Source: an uncultured virus (IMG/VR IMGVR_UViG_3300031555_002006) (Duplodnaviria > Heunggongvirae > Uroviricota > Caudoviricetes). From it: a stretch of 64,000 nt of DNA. Positions 1-9,500 of the stretch are shown here, piece after piece. The DNA lies in the IMG/VR virus record IMGVR_UViG_3300031555_002006; one strand, written 5' to 3'. The position numbers were made by a program, and so were the translations under genes. The notes beneath the pieces are model-generated. The model did not search any database. It saw only the letters and a program-made list of their open reading frames with translations, and was not told where the DNA came from. Within the stretch, counting starts at the first letter, position 1. Every line of letters begins with the position of its first letter.

Positions 1-35
1 CTCCCAAGCCCATCGGCACCATCGAGTGGGAATAA
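1..35 (+). CDS. guaA: 3' end of host GMP synthase (partial); prophage integration site
   Basis: Frame from position 3 reads PKPIGTIEWE*, the characteristic GuaA C-terminus; immediately followed by the integrase. Confidence 0.85.
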   Translation, partial: PKPIGTIEWE

Positions 36-43
36 TATAAAAA

Positions 44-89
44 ATCCCCGGAAGCCTTGATTTTACAGGGTTTCCGGGGTTATTTTTTT
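44..89 (+). terminator. Hairpin with T-tract after guaA, in the attL region
   Basis: ccccggaagcc...gggtttccgggg followed by tattttttt. Confidence 0.55.
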
Positions 90-95
90 GCCCTT

Positions 96-115
96 TGGCT
101 CTACAATGGCTCTAC
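96..115. repeat. Direct repeat TGGCTCTAC x2, putative integrase arm-binding sites
   Basis: tggctctac at 96-104 and 107-115, next to the integrase stop. Confidence 0.5.
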
Positions 116-119
116 TTTT

Positions 120-1292
120 TCAAAGCTCATGGTTTTTGTGCTCTGTTTCCATCTGTTCCAGCAATTCCTTTTCGTTGTAAACCATGCCGTCCTCGTCCGC
201 CGATGTCACGGCTTCATCCACGATACCGTCCCGGTGTTTGTTCAGCTCCAGAGCGATGTGGTGGGCCTTGTTGGGGTACAGATGGGCGTAGGTTCGGTCT
301 ACCTCTGCCGGCGTGTCGCCGAGACGTTGGGCAATGGCATGGGTGCGATATCCGAGCTCAATGAGCAGCGCCACATGGGAATGTCTCAGATCATGCACGC
401 GGATGCGCTGCAGGCCAGCGGCCTCGGCCATCCTGCCGATCTCGGAGAGCAGGCCATGCTTGGACATATAAAAGATTGGGTCATCCGGCTCAAGCCCGTA
501 CAGCCCATTCATGTAGGCTGTGAGCTCTTCATATAAGAAGTCGGGGAGCGTGACTATGCGCACGCTGTTTTCTGTCTTAGGGTCTCCGAGGACCATTTCG
601 CCGTTCTCGCGCTTCAAGGTGTGCGAGATCTTGATTGCCTTCTCTTGATGCAGGATCTTCTTCGGCGACAGAGCCAGCAGCTCGCCCTCGCGGATGCCGG
701 TCCAGTACAGAGTGAGAAACGCCATGCGGTAGCCGATGCCGTTGACATACTTCAAGGCCTCGTTGAACTCGTCCAGCGTCCAGAAGTTCATCTCGTCGGC
801 CTGTTTCTTGCCCATGGCCTTGACCTGAGAGCAAGGATTAACAGGCAGCTTGAAATACTGGACGGCAAAGTTGAAGATTGCCGAGAGCTGGCTATTGAGG
901 GTGCGGAGATAGGTGGGCTTGTACGGCTCACCGTTCTTCTGCTTCTTCTTGATCATCGCGTTTTGCCACTGACGCACGTCGGTGTTGGTGATCTCCGAAA
1001 TGATCTTGTTCTTGAAGTATGGAACTATGTGAGTGTCAATGGCGCTCTTTTTGGTTTCGAGGGTGCTGGCTCTGATATGGTTCTCCATGTCCGCATAGTA
1101 CCTCTCGACCAGCGAGGCGAATGTCATGTTGGGATTGCCGGCGTTCTGCAACAAGAACTCGCGCTCCCACTCTTCGGCCTCGCGCTTCAGCTTGAAGCCA
1201 CGCTTATTCTTCTTGTGCCTTACGCCCTGCCAGTCCGTGTAATAGAACTGAGCACGCCAGGTCTTTTTCTCTCTATCGTAGCTTGCCGGCAC
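120..1292 (-). CDS. int: Tyrosine recombinase/integrase
   Basis: N-terminal arm-binding domain; catalytic R (TGIREGE), HDLRHSH and Y (TYAHL). Confidence 0.95.
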   Translation of the reverse strand: MPASYDREKKTWRAQFYYTDWQGVRHKKNKRGFKLKREAEEWEREFLLQNAGNPNMTFASLVERYYADMENHIRASTLETKKSAIDTHIVPYFKNKIISEITNTDVRQWQNAMIKKKQKNGEPYKPTYLRTLNSQLSAIFNFAVQYFKLPVNPCSQVKAMGKKQADEMNFWTLDEFNEALKYVNGIGYRMAFLTLYWTGIREGELLALSPKKILHQEKAIKISHTLKRENGEMVLGDPKTENSVRIVTLPDFLYEELTAYMNGLYGLEPDDPIFYMSKHGLLSEIGRMAEAAGLQRIRVHDLRHSHVALLIELGYRTHAIAQRLGDTPAEVDRTYAHLYPNKAHHIALELNKHRDGIVDEAVTSADEDGMVYNEKELLEQMETEHKNHEL

Positions 1293-1304
1293 GGCTGCAC
1301 CTCC

Positions 1305-2294
1305 TTATGGATTTATGAGTTCCGTAACCAATTCGGGCGTAATGTCTTCTTTGTAGGTTACTATCCTCAGAAGCACGCCGTTTGCTTTGCATAGACGCAC
1401 TTTCTTTTTGTCTCGCTCTTTCTGGGCTTCCAGCGCCTTTTCGCCGCCCCAGTGCTTTACGGGTATGTAGTGTTGTTGCCCTTGGTACTCAATACCTATC
1501 CTCCGCTCCGGAAGGAATATGTCGAGTTCGAGGCCTTCGAGCCAGTCAGGACGATAATGGAAAACAACCTCTTCGTTTGGGCAGAGCGAGCAGACCGTAT
1601 TATATAGTAAGGACTCTGACACCCAGCCGAAACCGACCGGTTTAATGCCAAAGTCAGCACGGACGCTGTTCACGATCTCCGTGGCAACAGGTTCCACGAT
1701 AGCGCTGATTTGCTTGGATACCCTCTTCATGTCATCTTTCACCTTGAGCCATTCCTCGCGATCGAATGATGCACCACGAAGGCTGCCTTCCAATCTCACA
1801 AGCCTATCTTGTTCTTTGCGTAGATCTGTCGTGCTATCGATGATTGCAGCAATATTGAGATCTGCGACATCGGGGAGATAATCGCTTAGGTTTGCACTGA
1901 CCCCTCGCCGACAGTATTCTTGATTGACATACCAGCCGTGGCGCTGAGTGAATATCGTACCATACATCGGATGACAGTAGGCGACGCTGGGCGTGGTTTT
2001 CATACAGCGATGACAAATGCCTTCTTTATACGGGAGATCCTCGGCGTGCTCGAACTCTTCCGGATTTAGGCAGCCGGTACGTTTGAACTCTAAATACTTG
2101 AGTCTGTTATATGCTTCAGGACCCCCACGGAAGCACTCGCAGTAATACCGCTGTCCGTTGGGGGTCTCAGAAAAAGATATAATCGTGCCATAATTACCGG
2201 GATATGTGACATAGGGAAGCGGCATCAAAGGCTCAAATATGGTGGTCTTTGTCAGTGGAAGTGGAACATCTATCTTCTTTTTTCTCTTTGCCAT
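1305..2294 (-). CDS. Hypothetical protein with Cys/His cluster and C-terminal PD-(D/E)XK/DUF559-like nuclease domain
   Basis: LELDIFLPERRIGIEYQGQQHY and ERDKKKVRLC motifs. Confidence 0.6.
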   Translation of the reverse strand: MAKRKKKIDVPLPLTKTTIFEPLMPLPYVTYPGNYGTIISFSETPNGQRYYCECFRGGPEAYNRLKYLEFKRTGCLNPEEFEHAEDLPYKEGICHRCMKTTPSVAYCHPMYGTIFTQRHGWYVNQEYCRRGVSANLSDYLPDVADLNIAAIIDSTTDLRKEQDRLVRLEGSLRGASFDREEWLKVKDDMKRVSKQISAIVEPVATEIVNSVRADFGIKPVGFGWVSESLLYNTVCSLCPNEEVVFHYRPDWLEGLELDIFLPERRIGIEYQGQQHYIPVKHWGGEKALEAQKERDKKKVRLCKANGVLLRIVTYKEDITPELVTELINP

Positions 2295-2401
2295 CGTATC
2301 TTCCTCGGAAATAATCTAACATTTTCTACTCTATTGACAGTCTAAGTGTATAATGAAGTTGATACACGCGTGTAGAGTAAAAAATAAGGTGGTGCTACAC
2401 G

Positions 2402-2602
2402 TTGAAAGAGAACCAGTCCCAAAGATCTGCATACCAACAAATCGTTGAGCTATGCTACAAGTACGGCATAATCGCTAAGCCGTCAATGACAGAGAGCGAA
2501 TTGCGTGTCGTGCTTGATTCGTTATGTGCTGCCCTGACTACTCCTTCTCCCGAACGAGCAGTTTCAGAATATCGGCATTCCGAGCAAGATACTCACGAAT
2601 AG
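2402..2602 (+). CDS. Small hypothetical protein, convergent with and overlapping the repressor 3' end
   Basis: RBS-like aaggtggtg upstream and TATAAT at 2349-2354. Confidence 0.35.
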   Translation: MKENQSQRSAYQQIVELCYKYGIIAKPSMTESELRVVLDSLCAALTTPSPERAVSEYRHSEQDTHE

Positions 2603-2912
2603 CCTTTTCGCCGCCTGGTGTTAAAGAGCCATCTTCGGCGAGCAGGCCTGTATCCTTCAAAGCGCTTTGAATAATCCTGTCCCCTTGCCCAACGGTGAGG
2701 GGACATTTTTTGCAGCTTCGCACATTGGACAGGCCGAGCAGATAGTCTGCACTACAGCTGAAAATATCACACAGCTGTTCAATCAGTTCATCAGATAATG
2801 CAGATCTACCAATTTCATATTTAGAAATGGCGGACTTCTGAACCTTGAGCTTTGCTCCAAGTTCTTCTTGAGTCCACCCGCGCTCTACTCTGAGCTCTCG
2901 TAGTCTATTCAA
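2538..2912 (-). CDS. CI-like XRE-family repressor (probable TTG start at 2912; ORF track start 2936)
   Basis: HTH_3 signature RLRELRVERGWTQEELG...SAISKYEIG; divergent from cro. Confidence 0.9.
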   Translation of the reverse strand: MNRLRELRVERGWTQEELGAKLKVQKSAISKYEIGRSALSDELIEQLCDIFSCSADYLLGLSNVRSCKKCPLTVGQGDRIIQSALKDTGLLAEDGSLTPGGEKAIREYLARNADILKLLVREKE

Positions 2913-2941
2913 GATACCACGCCCCTTTTTCTTCATTATAT

Positions 2942-3052
2942 AGTGTCCAAAATGGAAAGTCTCGAAAGTATCTGAATTAGCAAAATATTTTGAAAAAAGT
3001 CTTGACAGTCTCCAAAACGGACACTATAATGGAAGTATCCAAAATGGACACC
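2942..3052. promoter_or_regulatory. Lysis/lysogeny switch: three operators plus consensus sigma-A promoter
   Basis: Operators AGTNTCC-N5-GGA(C/A)A at 2942-2960, 3007-3025 and 3034-3052; TTGACA 3002-3007, 17 bp, TATAAT 3025-3030; leftward TATAAT at 2940-2935. Confidence 0.85.
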
Positions 3053-3073
3053 GCTTAAAGGAGGTTAGATGCA

Positions 3074-3292
3074 ATGTTTGAGCGTCTCAGAGAAATCAGA
3101 ACGCAGAGAGGTATCTCCGCGCAGACCATGACAGATCTGCTCGGGCTGGAAACCGAGGGTGCCTACTACAAAAAAGAGAATGGAACCATCAAATTCTCTC
3201 TGTTTGAAGCAAAGGCTGTTGCAGATTTTTTTGGCATGACCATCGAGGCCATTTTTTTTGCTAACGAAGTTTCCGAAATGGACACTTTATAA
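3074..3292 (+). CDS. Cro-like HTH regulator
   Basis: 72-aa XRE HTH, first gene after the rightward promoter, RBS aaggagg. Confidence 0.85.
   Translation: MFERLREIRTQRGISAQTMTDLLGLETEGAYYKKENGTIKFSLFEAKAVADFFGMTIEAIFFANEVSEMDTL
3268..3286. promoter_or_regulatory. Fourth operator copy in the cro 3' end
   Basis: agtttccgaaatggacact matches the operator consensus. Confidence 0.6.
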
Positions 3293-3331
3293 TATCCAGC
3301 TTAATTATAAGTCGAAACTGAGGTGAGATAA

Positions 3332-3820
3332 ATGCCGAGAAACCCCACGAAAGCTGCGGATAACGCCTTTTGTATTGCACGAAAGAAGGCCGCAGCGTTC
3401 AACGATAAACTCAATAGCCGCGAAGGAGCGGCAGAAGTTCTTGGTCTTGATCGGACACGTGTAGCCCGCATCGAACTCGGGAGCCTGTGGCCGTACCCGG
3501 AAGAGGTGCTTCTGATGGCCGATGGCTACAATGCGCCCGAACTGCTCAACCACTACTGCTGTGAGGTATGCCCCATCGGTTGTCGTAGCCACCAGCGCCT
3601 TGAGGTCGCAGAGCTCGACCGTCTGACAGTTAAGCTGATGTCCGCCATGCGCAAGGGCGATGACATCAAAGATCTGCTGTTGGACATCACCGAGGATGGC
3701 GCTATCGATACAGACGAGCGCCCCCAGCTCGACCGCGTGATCGCGTATCTTGACAATGTTGCCAAGGTCGCCGCCGAACTTAAACTGTGGGCCGAGAAAA
3801 ATCTGAAAGAGGAGGAATAA
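3332..3820 (+). CDS. HTH phage regulatory protein (CII-like)
   Basis: SREGAAEVLGLDRTRVARIELG HTH plus a C-x3-CP motif. Confidence 0.6.
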   Translation: MPRNPTKAADNAFCIARKKAAAFNDKLNSREGAAEVLGLDRTRVARIELGSLWPYPEEVLLMADGYNAPELLNHYCCEVCPIGCRSHQRLEVAELDRLTVKLMSAMRKGDDIKDLLLDITEDGAIDTDERPQLDRVIAYLDNVAKVAAELKLWAEKNLKEEE

Positions 3821-3822
3821 GC

Positions 3823-4059
3823 ATGGCAACCGCCACATCACGTAACATCTTCTACCATGTCGAGGACGTCATGGAGCTGCTTGGCGTATCCCGGTCGAAG
3901 GCCTACAAGATCATTCAGGATCTGAACGACGAGCTCAAGAAGAACGGGTACATAGTCGCAGTCGCAGGCCGCGTCCCTAAGAAATTCTTCAACGAGCGCT
4001 TCTACTGCGACATCGAAGCCCCGGAGACGGTCAAGCTGGAAAGGAGGGCAAGTCGATGA
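3823..4059 (+). CDS. Excisionase-like HTH protein
   Basis: VEDVMELLGVSRSKAYKIIQDLNDEL...GRVPKKFF resembles ICE/phage Xis proteins. Confidence 0.7.
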   Translation: MATATSRNIFYHVEDVMELLGVSRSKAYKIIQDLNDELKKNGYIVAVAGRVPKKFFNERFYCDIEAPETVKLERRASR

Positions 4060-4811
4060 ACTGCAAAGGCTGCACCTCTGATAGCTGCTTTTCTTGCGGT
4101 TATAAGTACGGCATCGAAATGAGGAGAGACCGTATCCGCAAGGAGTACGAGCCGAAGCGTCTGGCCGCCAAAGCCCGGCGGCGCCGCAGGAGTTTCAATT
4201 CGTTTTTTACCTTCGTTCTGGCTCTGGCGCTTCTCCTTGGCCTGTTCTTCGCCGCCCGTGCCGCATGGGACGAGCCGGAAGTAATAGAGGTCCCCACCTT
4301 CGAGATTGGAGAACCTACCATCTCCGCCACGCAGGCTATGACGCTCGAAGAAATCATGGCATTCGCCGCAGAACCTTATCCGCTGCCTACGCCGCTCACC
4401 CTTATTGAGGACGCTCCGGTAATTGCCCTTCCTCTCTACACCGAGGAGGAACGCGAGATCTTAGCCATCATCATCTATCAGGAAGCCGGCGCGGACTACT
4501 GTAGTAATGATACCCGCTTGAAGGTCGGCACAGTATTCCTTAACCGCGTAGCATCTGACGAGTTCCCCGATACCTTCTACGAGGTGGCAACCGCCGAAGC
4601 TCAGTATGGCACCCTTCATTGGACAGGCATCCAGTGGCCGGATAGAGCGAGCAGTCCCCTCGAAGCCCACGCCGTTGAAAGAGCCTATGAGATCGCCGAC
4701 CAGCTGCTTGCAGGCTACAGATCCTTCGACGAGGATGTTATCTGGCAGGCTGAGTTCCCCCAGGGAACCGAGACCATTTCTTTTCAGGACGGCATCTATT
4801 TCTGCAAATAA
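4056..4811 (+). CDS. Membrane-anchored SleB-like cell wall hydrolase (Hydrolase_2)
   Basis: Hydrophobic segment, then LAIIIYQEAG...VFLNRVASDEFPDT..EV...QY. Confidence 0.7.
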   Translation: MNCKGCTSDSCFSCGYKYGIEMRRDRIRKEYEPKRLAAKARRRRRSFNSFFTFVLALALLLGLFFAARAAWDEPEVIEVPTFEIGEPTISATQAMTLEEIMAFAAEPYPLPTPLTLIEDAPVIALPLYTEEEREILAIIIYQEAGADYCSNDTRLKVGTVFLNRVASDEFPDTFYEVATAEAQYGTLHWTGIQWPDRASSPLEAHAVERAYEIADQLLAGYRSFDEDVIWQAEFPQGTETISFQDGIYFCK

Positions 4812-4823
4812 GGAGGTGGCAAC

Positions 4824-5096
4824 ATGGCACTTCCCCGCTGCAAAAGATGCCACCGGGTACTGAAAGACCCGGAGTCCATCGCCTCGGGGCTGGGCCCCTC
4901 ATGCCGAAGAAAACTCTATGGGCAAAAAGAAAAGCCGAGCCGCAAGCAGATCGTCAAAGGTAAGCGCCCGGCGGCGCCCCGGAAGCGGGGAGACCCGAAC
5001 ACCATGACCCTTGATGACTGGATGGCTCGACTTGATGGAGGTGAGTGCGAAGACGATGAAGAAGGCCTACAAAAGGAGAAAGAGCCCACGGCATGA
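4824..5096 (+). CDS. Zn-finger protein (DUF6011-like)
   Basis: CKRCHRVLKDPESIASGLGPSC. Confidence 0.65.
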   Translation: MALPRCKRCHRVLKDPESIASGLGPSCRRKLYGQKEKPSRKQIVKGKRPAAPRKRGDPNTMTLDDWMARLDGGECEDDEEGLQKEKEPTA

Positions 5097-5170
5097 AGCC
5101 GAGGACCCTCTCGAAGCACTCCTATTGTAGCACGGATTTTTAATGAAATCAATATGGAGGTAACAATTTT

Positions 5171-6298
5171 ATGAACCACAATTCTACCGCAATCGCCGCG
5201 ATCCAGCAGCAGTACCAAGGCTGTAACCTGCTGGTTCCCACGGCGTCCGAAGCTCAGCTGAACCCGTATTACAAATTGACTGTCATGGAGGTCAAAGCAG
5301 ACCTCTCCGATGGCTCCGGCGACATCTTCCCCCTTGGCAAGGTCAAGCGCGGCGAAGCATGGGTGGAGACCTTCTCCCCGGCGAAGCCCCTGCTCATGAA
5401 GCTGGCCGCTGCCGCCGGCATCCAGTTCGACCCCAACAACACCTATGGCACGATGCTCTCCAAGAACTGCTACAAGGCCAAGGCCTACGGCGCTATGCGA
5501 ATGCCCGACGGTACCGGCAAGACCCACTGCGACGAAAAGATCATCAATCTCGATGACGAGGAGGATCGTTTCCGTTTGGAGTTCATGGACAAGTCCATTC
5601 AGGGCATCGTAGACCCGAGAGCTGCCGAAGAAGCAGCCAAGCTGTTCAAAGGAGAGTTCTTCGACACCACCAACAAATTCGGCAAGCCTGTCAAGGGCTA
5701 TAAGATCGCCGACTGTGACCGCCAGAAGTACATCGACAGATCTGTGCTGGTCAACATGACTCTGCTCCGCAAGACTGCTGCCGAAAAGGCTATGACTGGC
5801 GCGATCCTCCGCGTCATCCGTGCTCTGATTGGCATGAAGGGTGCGTACACCATGGAGGAGCTGCGCAAACCCTTCGCCGTGGCTCGCGTCACTTTCTCCC
5901 CCGATTACAGCGACCCCGCTGTCAGAAACGCCATGCTCAGCCAGGGCATGAACGCCGTTGGCAATATGTTCGGAAGCCGCCCGCCGCTGGCCATGGGCGC
6001 CGCCGATGCCACCCCTTCCGTTTCCGCAGACACCTTCAACCCGGAGGAGTTCGCTGATAATCCTGCCTTTGCAACCGACACCCCTCCGACCATCGACGAA
6101 GACTACGCCACGCCCCATCCTGAGTATAGTGCTCCCCCGCAGGGAGAAACTAATTTCCCGGGCGACGAAGGCGGTGGAGAAGAAGAGCCGTTGGCTTGCT
6201 CCCAGTGCGGCCGCGAAATCAGCCAGAAGATCTATGACTTCTCCAAGCGCCGTTTCGGTGTCGCCCTGTGCATGAAGTGTCAGAAGGAGGTGGAATGA
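5171..6298 (+). CDS. Hypothetical protein, possibly recombination-related, with acidic linker and C-terminal Zn finger
   Basis: Strong RBS; located upstream of SbcCD; CSQC...CMKC. Confidence 0.55.
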   Translation: MNHNSTAIAAIQQQYQGCNLLVPTASEAQLNPYYKLTVMEVKADLSDGSGDIFPLGKVKRGEAWVETFSPAKPLLMKLAAAAGIQFDPNNTYGTMLSKNCYKAKAYGAMRMPDGTGKTHCDEKIINLDDEEDRFRLEFMDKSIQGIVDPRAAEEAAKLFKGEFFDTTNKFGKPVKGYKIADCDRQKYIDRSVLVNMTLLRKTAAEKAMTGAILRVIRALIGMKGAYTMEELRKPFAVARVTFSPDYSDPAVRNAMLSQGMNAVGNMFGSRPPLAMGAADATPSVSADTFNPEEFADNPAFATDTPPTIDEDYATPHPEYSAPPQGETNFPGDEGGGEEEPLACSQCGREISQKIYDFSKRRFGVALCMKCQKEVE

Positions 6299-6299
6299 G

Positions 6300-6551
6300 A
6301 TGGATATGGGCAGAAGCGCATCCAACGTTAAGCGCATCATCCTCGAGCGCGAGGACGGCACGACCGAAATTATTACTCGCGGTCTGATTGCTGACTACGC
6401 CGAGTGCAGTGATGGCGAGACCGGTGAGGTCCACTTCGACCTCTGCGGCCTGAGCGGTAAAGAGGTCGGCATGGTCGTAATGTCGATGCTGCAGCTCGGT
6501 CAGCAGCTCGGCATGTTTGATGTAAGCGACGAGGAGGGTGATGAAGAATGA
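6300..6551 (+). CDS. Hypothetical protein
   Basis: Closely packed between neighbours, RBS present. Confidence 0.6.
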   Translation: MDMGRSASNVKRIILEREDGTTEIITRGLIADYAECSDGETGEVHFDLCGLSGKEVGMVVMSMLQLGQQLGMFDVSDEEGDEE

Positions 6552-9500
6552 AGATCCTCCACACCGCTGATTGGCACATCGGCAATTTCCCCGGCCCCGA
6601 AAAGGATGGCCGCAATCTGAGAGCTGATGATACCGGCATGTGCATCCAGCATCTGCACGACATCGCCCTTCTCAAGAAGCCGCAGATGATACTCATTTCA
6701 GGTGACCTGTTCCATCAGGCTCGCGTGTGGGCAGATCGTGGCCTGCACGAAGTCGAGGTAGCTATCCGCGCACTGACCGCCCTCTCGGACATTTGCCCGG
6801 TGGTGGTCATGCGCGGCACCCCCAACCATGACGGCAGTGAGCAGTTCTCTATGCTCAAGGCTCATTTCTACGGCGATGACAGCGTGCATATCGTCACGGA
6901 ACCTACGGTGCTCCGGGTGAAGGGCTATAAGATGACCGACCGCTGGGTGAACATCGCATGCCTGCCTGGCTTCGACCGCGGCGTATTCCGCGCCAAGTTC
7001 CCCGGGCTTTCCAAAGAGGAAGAGAACATGGTATTCACCGAGGAGCTGGGCAAGATCGTCCTTGCTCTCCGTGCCGAATGCGACCCCTCGCTCCCTTCCA
7101 TCCTCATGTCCCACTATACCGTCCCCGGTTGTAACACCGAGAGCGGACAGACCCAGTTCCTCACGCAGTTCGAGCCGGTGCTTCTCCCTGAAACGCTGGA
7201 TGCTGCCGGCTTCGACCTTGTGGCCCTGGGCCATATCCACAGACCCCAGCAGATCGCCACCTGTAAGAATACATTCTACTCGGGCGCCATCAACGCCTTT
7301 AACTTCAACGACGAAGGTCAGGAGCGCGGCTTCTGGATCCACGAGTTCCCCGACGCTCCCGTCCTCGATGTTACCGCAGACACTCCCATCCCCGCTGTAA
7401 AGCACACCTTCTACAAGACCCCTGCCAGAGAGTTCCTGACTATGCACTTCACGCAGACGGATATTGACGGCATCAATGCCGGTGTCCTCGATGATGTGGC
7501 CCATAACTGGTGGAAGTGGGATAACAGCGTTGAGGGGAAGATCGTCCGAGTCCTCTATACCTGTACGGAGGACGCACATAAGGCCTTTAACCGTTCCCTC
7601 TTGGAGAAGCAGCTTTACGCTGACGGCGCCTTTTGGGTGTCTGAGATCTCCCCGGAGCAGGTCACGATCGGCACCAATAAGGACGAGCTGTCGGAGAAGA
7701 CCGACCCCGAAAAGAACCTTCGCCTTTACCTCGACGAGAAGGGACTTCCCGACACAGATGTCGGGGAGATCGTGGAGATTGCCCGTCCCATTATCGGAGC
7801 CGCGACCGCCAGCACCCTTTCCTCTCAGTTCAGCGGCGCCTTCGTGCCGGTGAGCATCGAGGTCAAGAATTACCGCAACTACGCCGAAGCTTACTTCGAC
7901 TTCACGGACATTTCGTTCTGTACCATCAACGGCGTCAACGGTGCTGGTAAGTCTTCTCTGTTCATGGATGCCATCTTGGATTGCCTGTTTGAGGAGCCGC
8001 GTGAAGGCGACCTGACCGGCTGGATCAGAGCGGACGAAAAGGCTCGCAGCGGCTCTATCTGCTTTACCTTCTCCATTGGAGAGCATGTTTTCCGCGTTAC
8101 TCGAACCCGTGCCAAGTCCGGCAAAGCCACACTGAATATCGCCGAAAAGCTCAACGGCGAGTGGCAGAACCGTTCTGCTGAGAAGATCAAGGACACTCAG
8201 GCCATGATCGAGAACATCTTGGGTATGGATAGCCTGACCTTCCGCAGCTGCGCTCTTATCATGCAGGACCAATACGGCCTGTTCTTGCAGGCTTCTAAGG
8301 AAGACCGCATGGCAATCCTCGGCAATATCCTCGGCCTTGGCGTTTACGGTGCCATGGAGCATATCGCAAGGAACTGCCTGTCTGATGTCAACCGTTTAAT
8401 CGCCCAGAACAAGACCGTGATCGCCACCCTGTCCCAGGGCATCGAAGAAGCAGACCAGCTTGAGAGCGATTATGTGGAGCTGCAGAGCATGGCCGAAGAT
8501 CTTCACCGTGATGTGGTCGGCAACTCCATGAGGAAAGACACCGTCACAGCGAAGCTCTCCGCCCTCTCTCAGGCTCGCGACAGGGCAAAGAAGGTAGAGG
8601 ACAGTATTGTAGATGTCTCCACCAAAAAAGCCGCCCTCAGACGAAATCTGGAGGATTACGAGAGGGTTATCGCCCTTGCTGACGGCACATTGAAAGATGA
8701 AGAAGTCATCCGCGCCGGTGCCGCTGCTCACCCCGCAAACCTCGAAGAGGAAAAGCAGCTTCTCGCCGACAAGGCGGCTCTCAAGGTCAGAATGGATACG
8801 GTAGACAGCACCGCTGCCGAGTATCGCAGATGCTTGGACGAGGAGAAGCGCCTTGCCAAGCGGATTGAGGATCTCACCGCCCACAAGGCCATGCTCAAGC
8901 AGCACTATGACCACGCTATGCAGTGTGAGTCGGCGGCTCAGAAGCTTGCTGAAGGTCTGCGATATATCGAAGAAGCCGAGGCCACGGAAGTCAAATATCG
9001 AGAGGAAACCTCCCGTTTGCAGGCTTTACAGGCCGAATATCAGGGTGCTAAGGGAGCGTTTGATGCCGAAGCCATTGCCCGAAAGGACAAGGTCGATGCT
9101 TTGGAAGTTAAGGCTCGAATGCTGGCAGACAGCCGATGCCTTGATGTTGAGAACGCCACCTGTCGTTTCCTGTCTGATGCGAAGGCTGCGAAGGCTGTAC
9201 TGGAAAAGTACCGTCCCGAATGTACCGCTTGGAAAGAAGCTGGCCTCGCCGCCCTCGAAGATCTCCGCACCCGTATCTCCGCTATTCAGGATGCACTTAT
9301 CCGCATGAATTATGACCCCTCCAAGCTCGCCGCTGTTCGCCGCGAGGTCGAAAGCTACCGTAAGGATGCCGAGATCTACGAGCATCGCACCGTCTACGTG
9401 GATATGATCGCATCCGATGACGAACAGATCGAGCAGGCAATGTCCGACAGGGCCAGCGTACAGACACGAATTGCGGCACTGCGCACCCAGGTTGATTTGA

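Noticed and set aside
2334..2354. TTGACA and TATAAT upstream of the 2402 ORF
   Set aside because: Spacing is only 9 bp, so they cannot form one canonical sigma-A promoter
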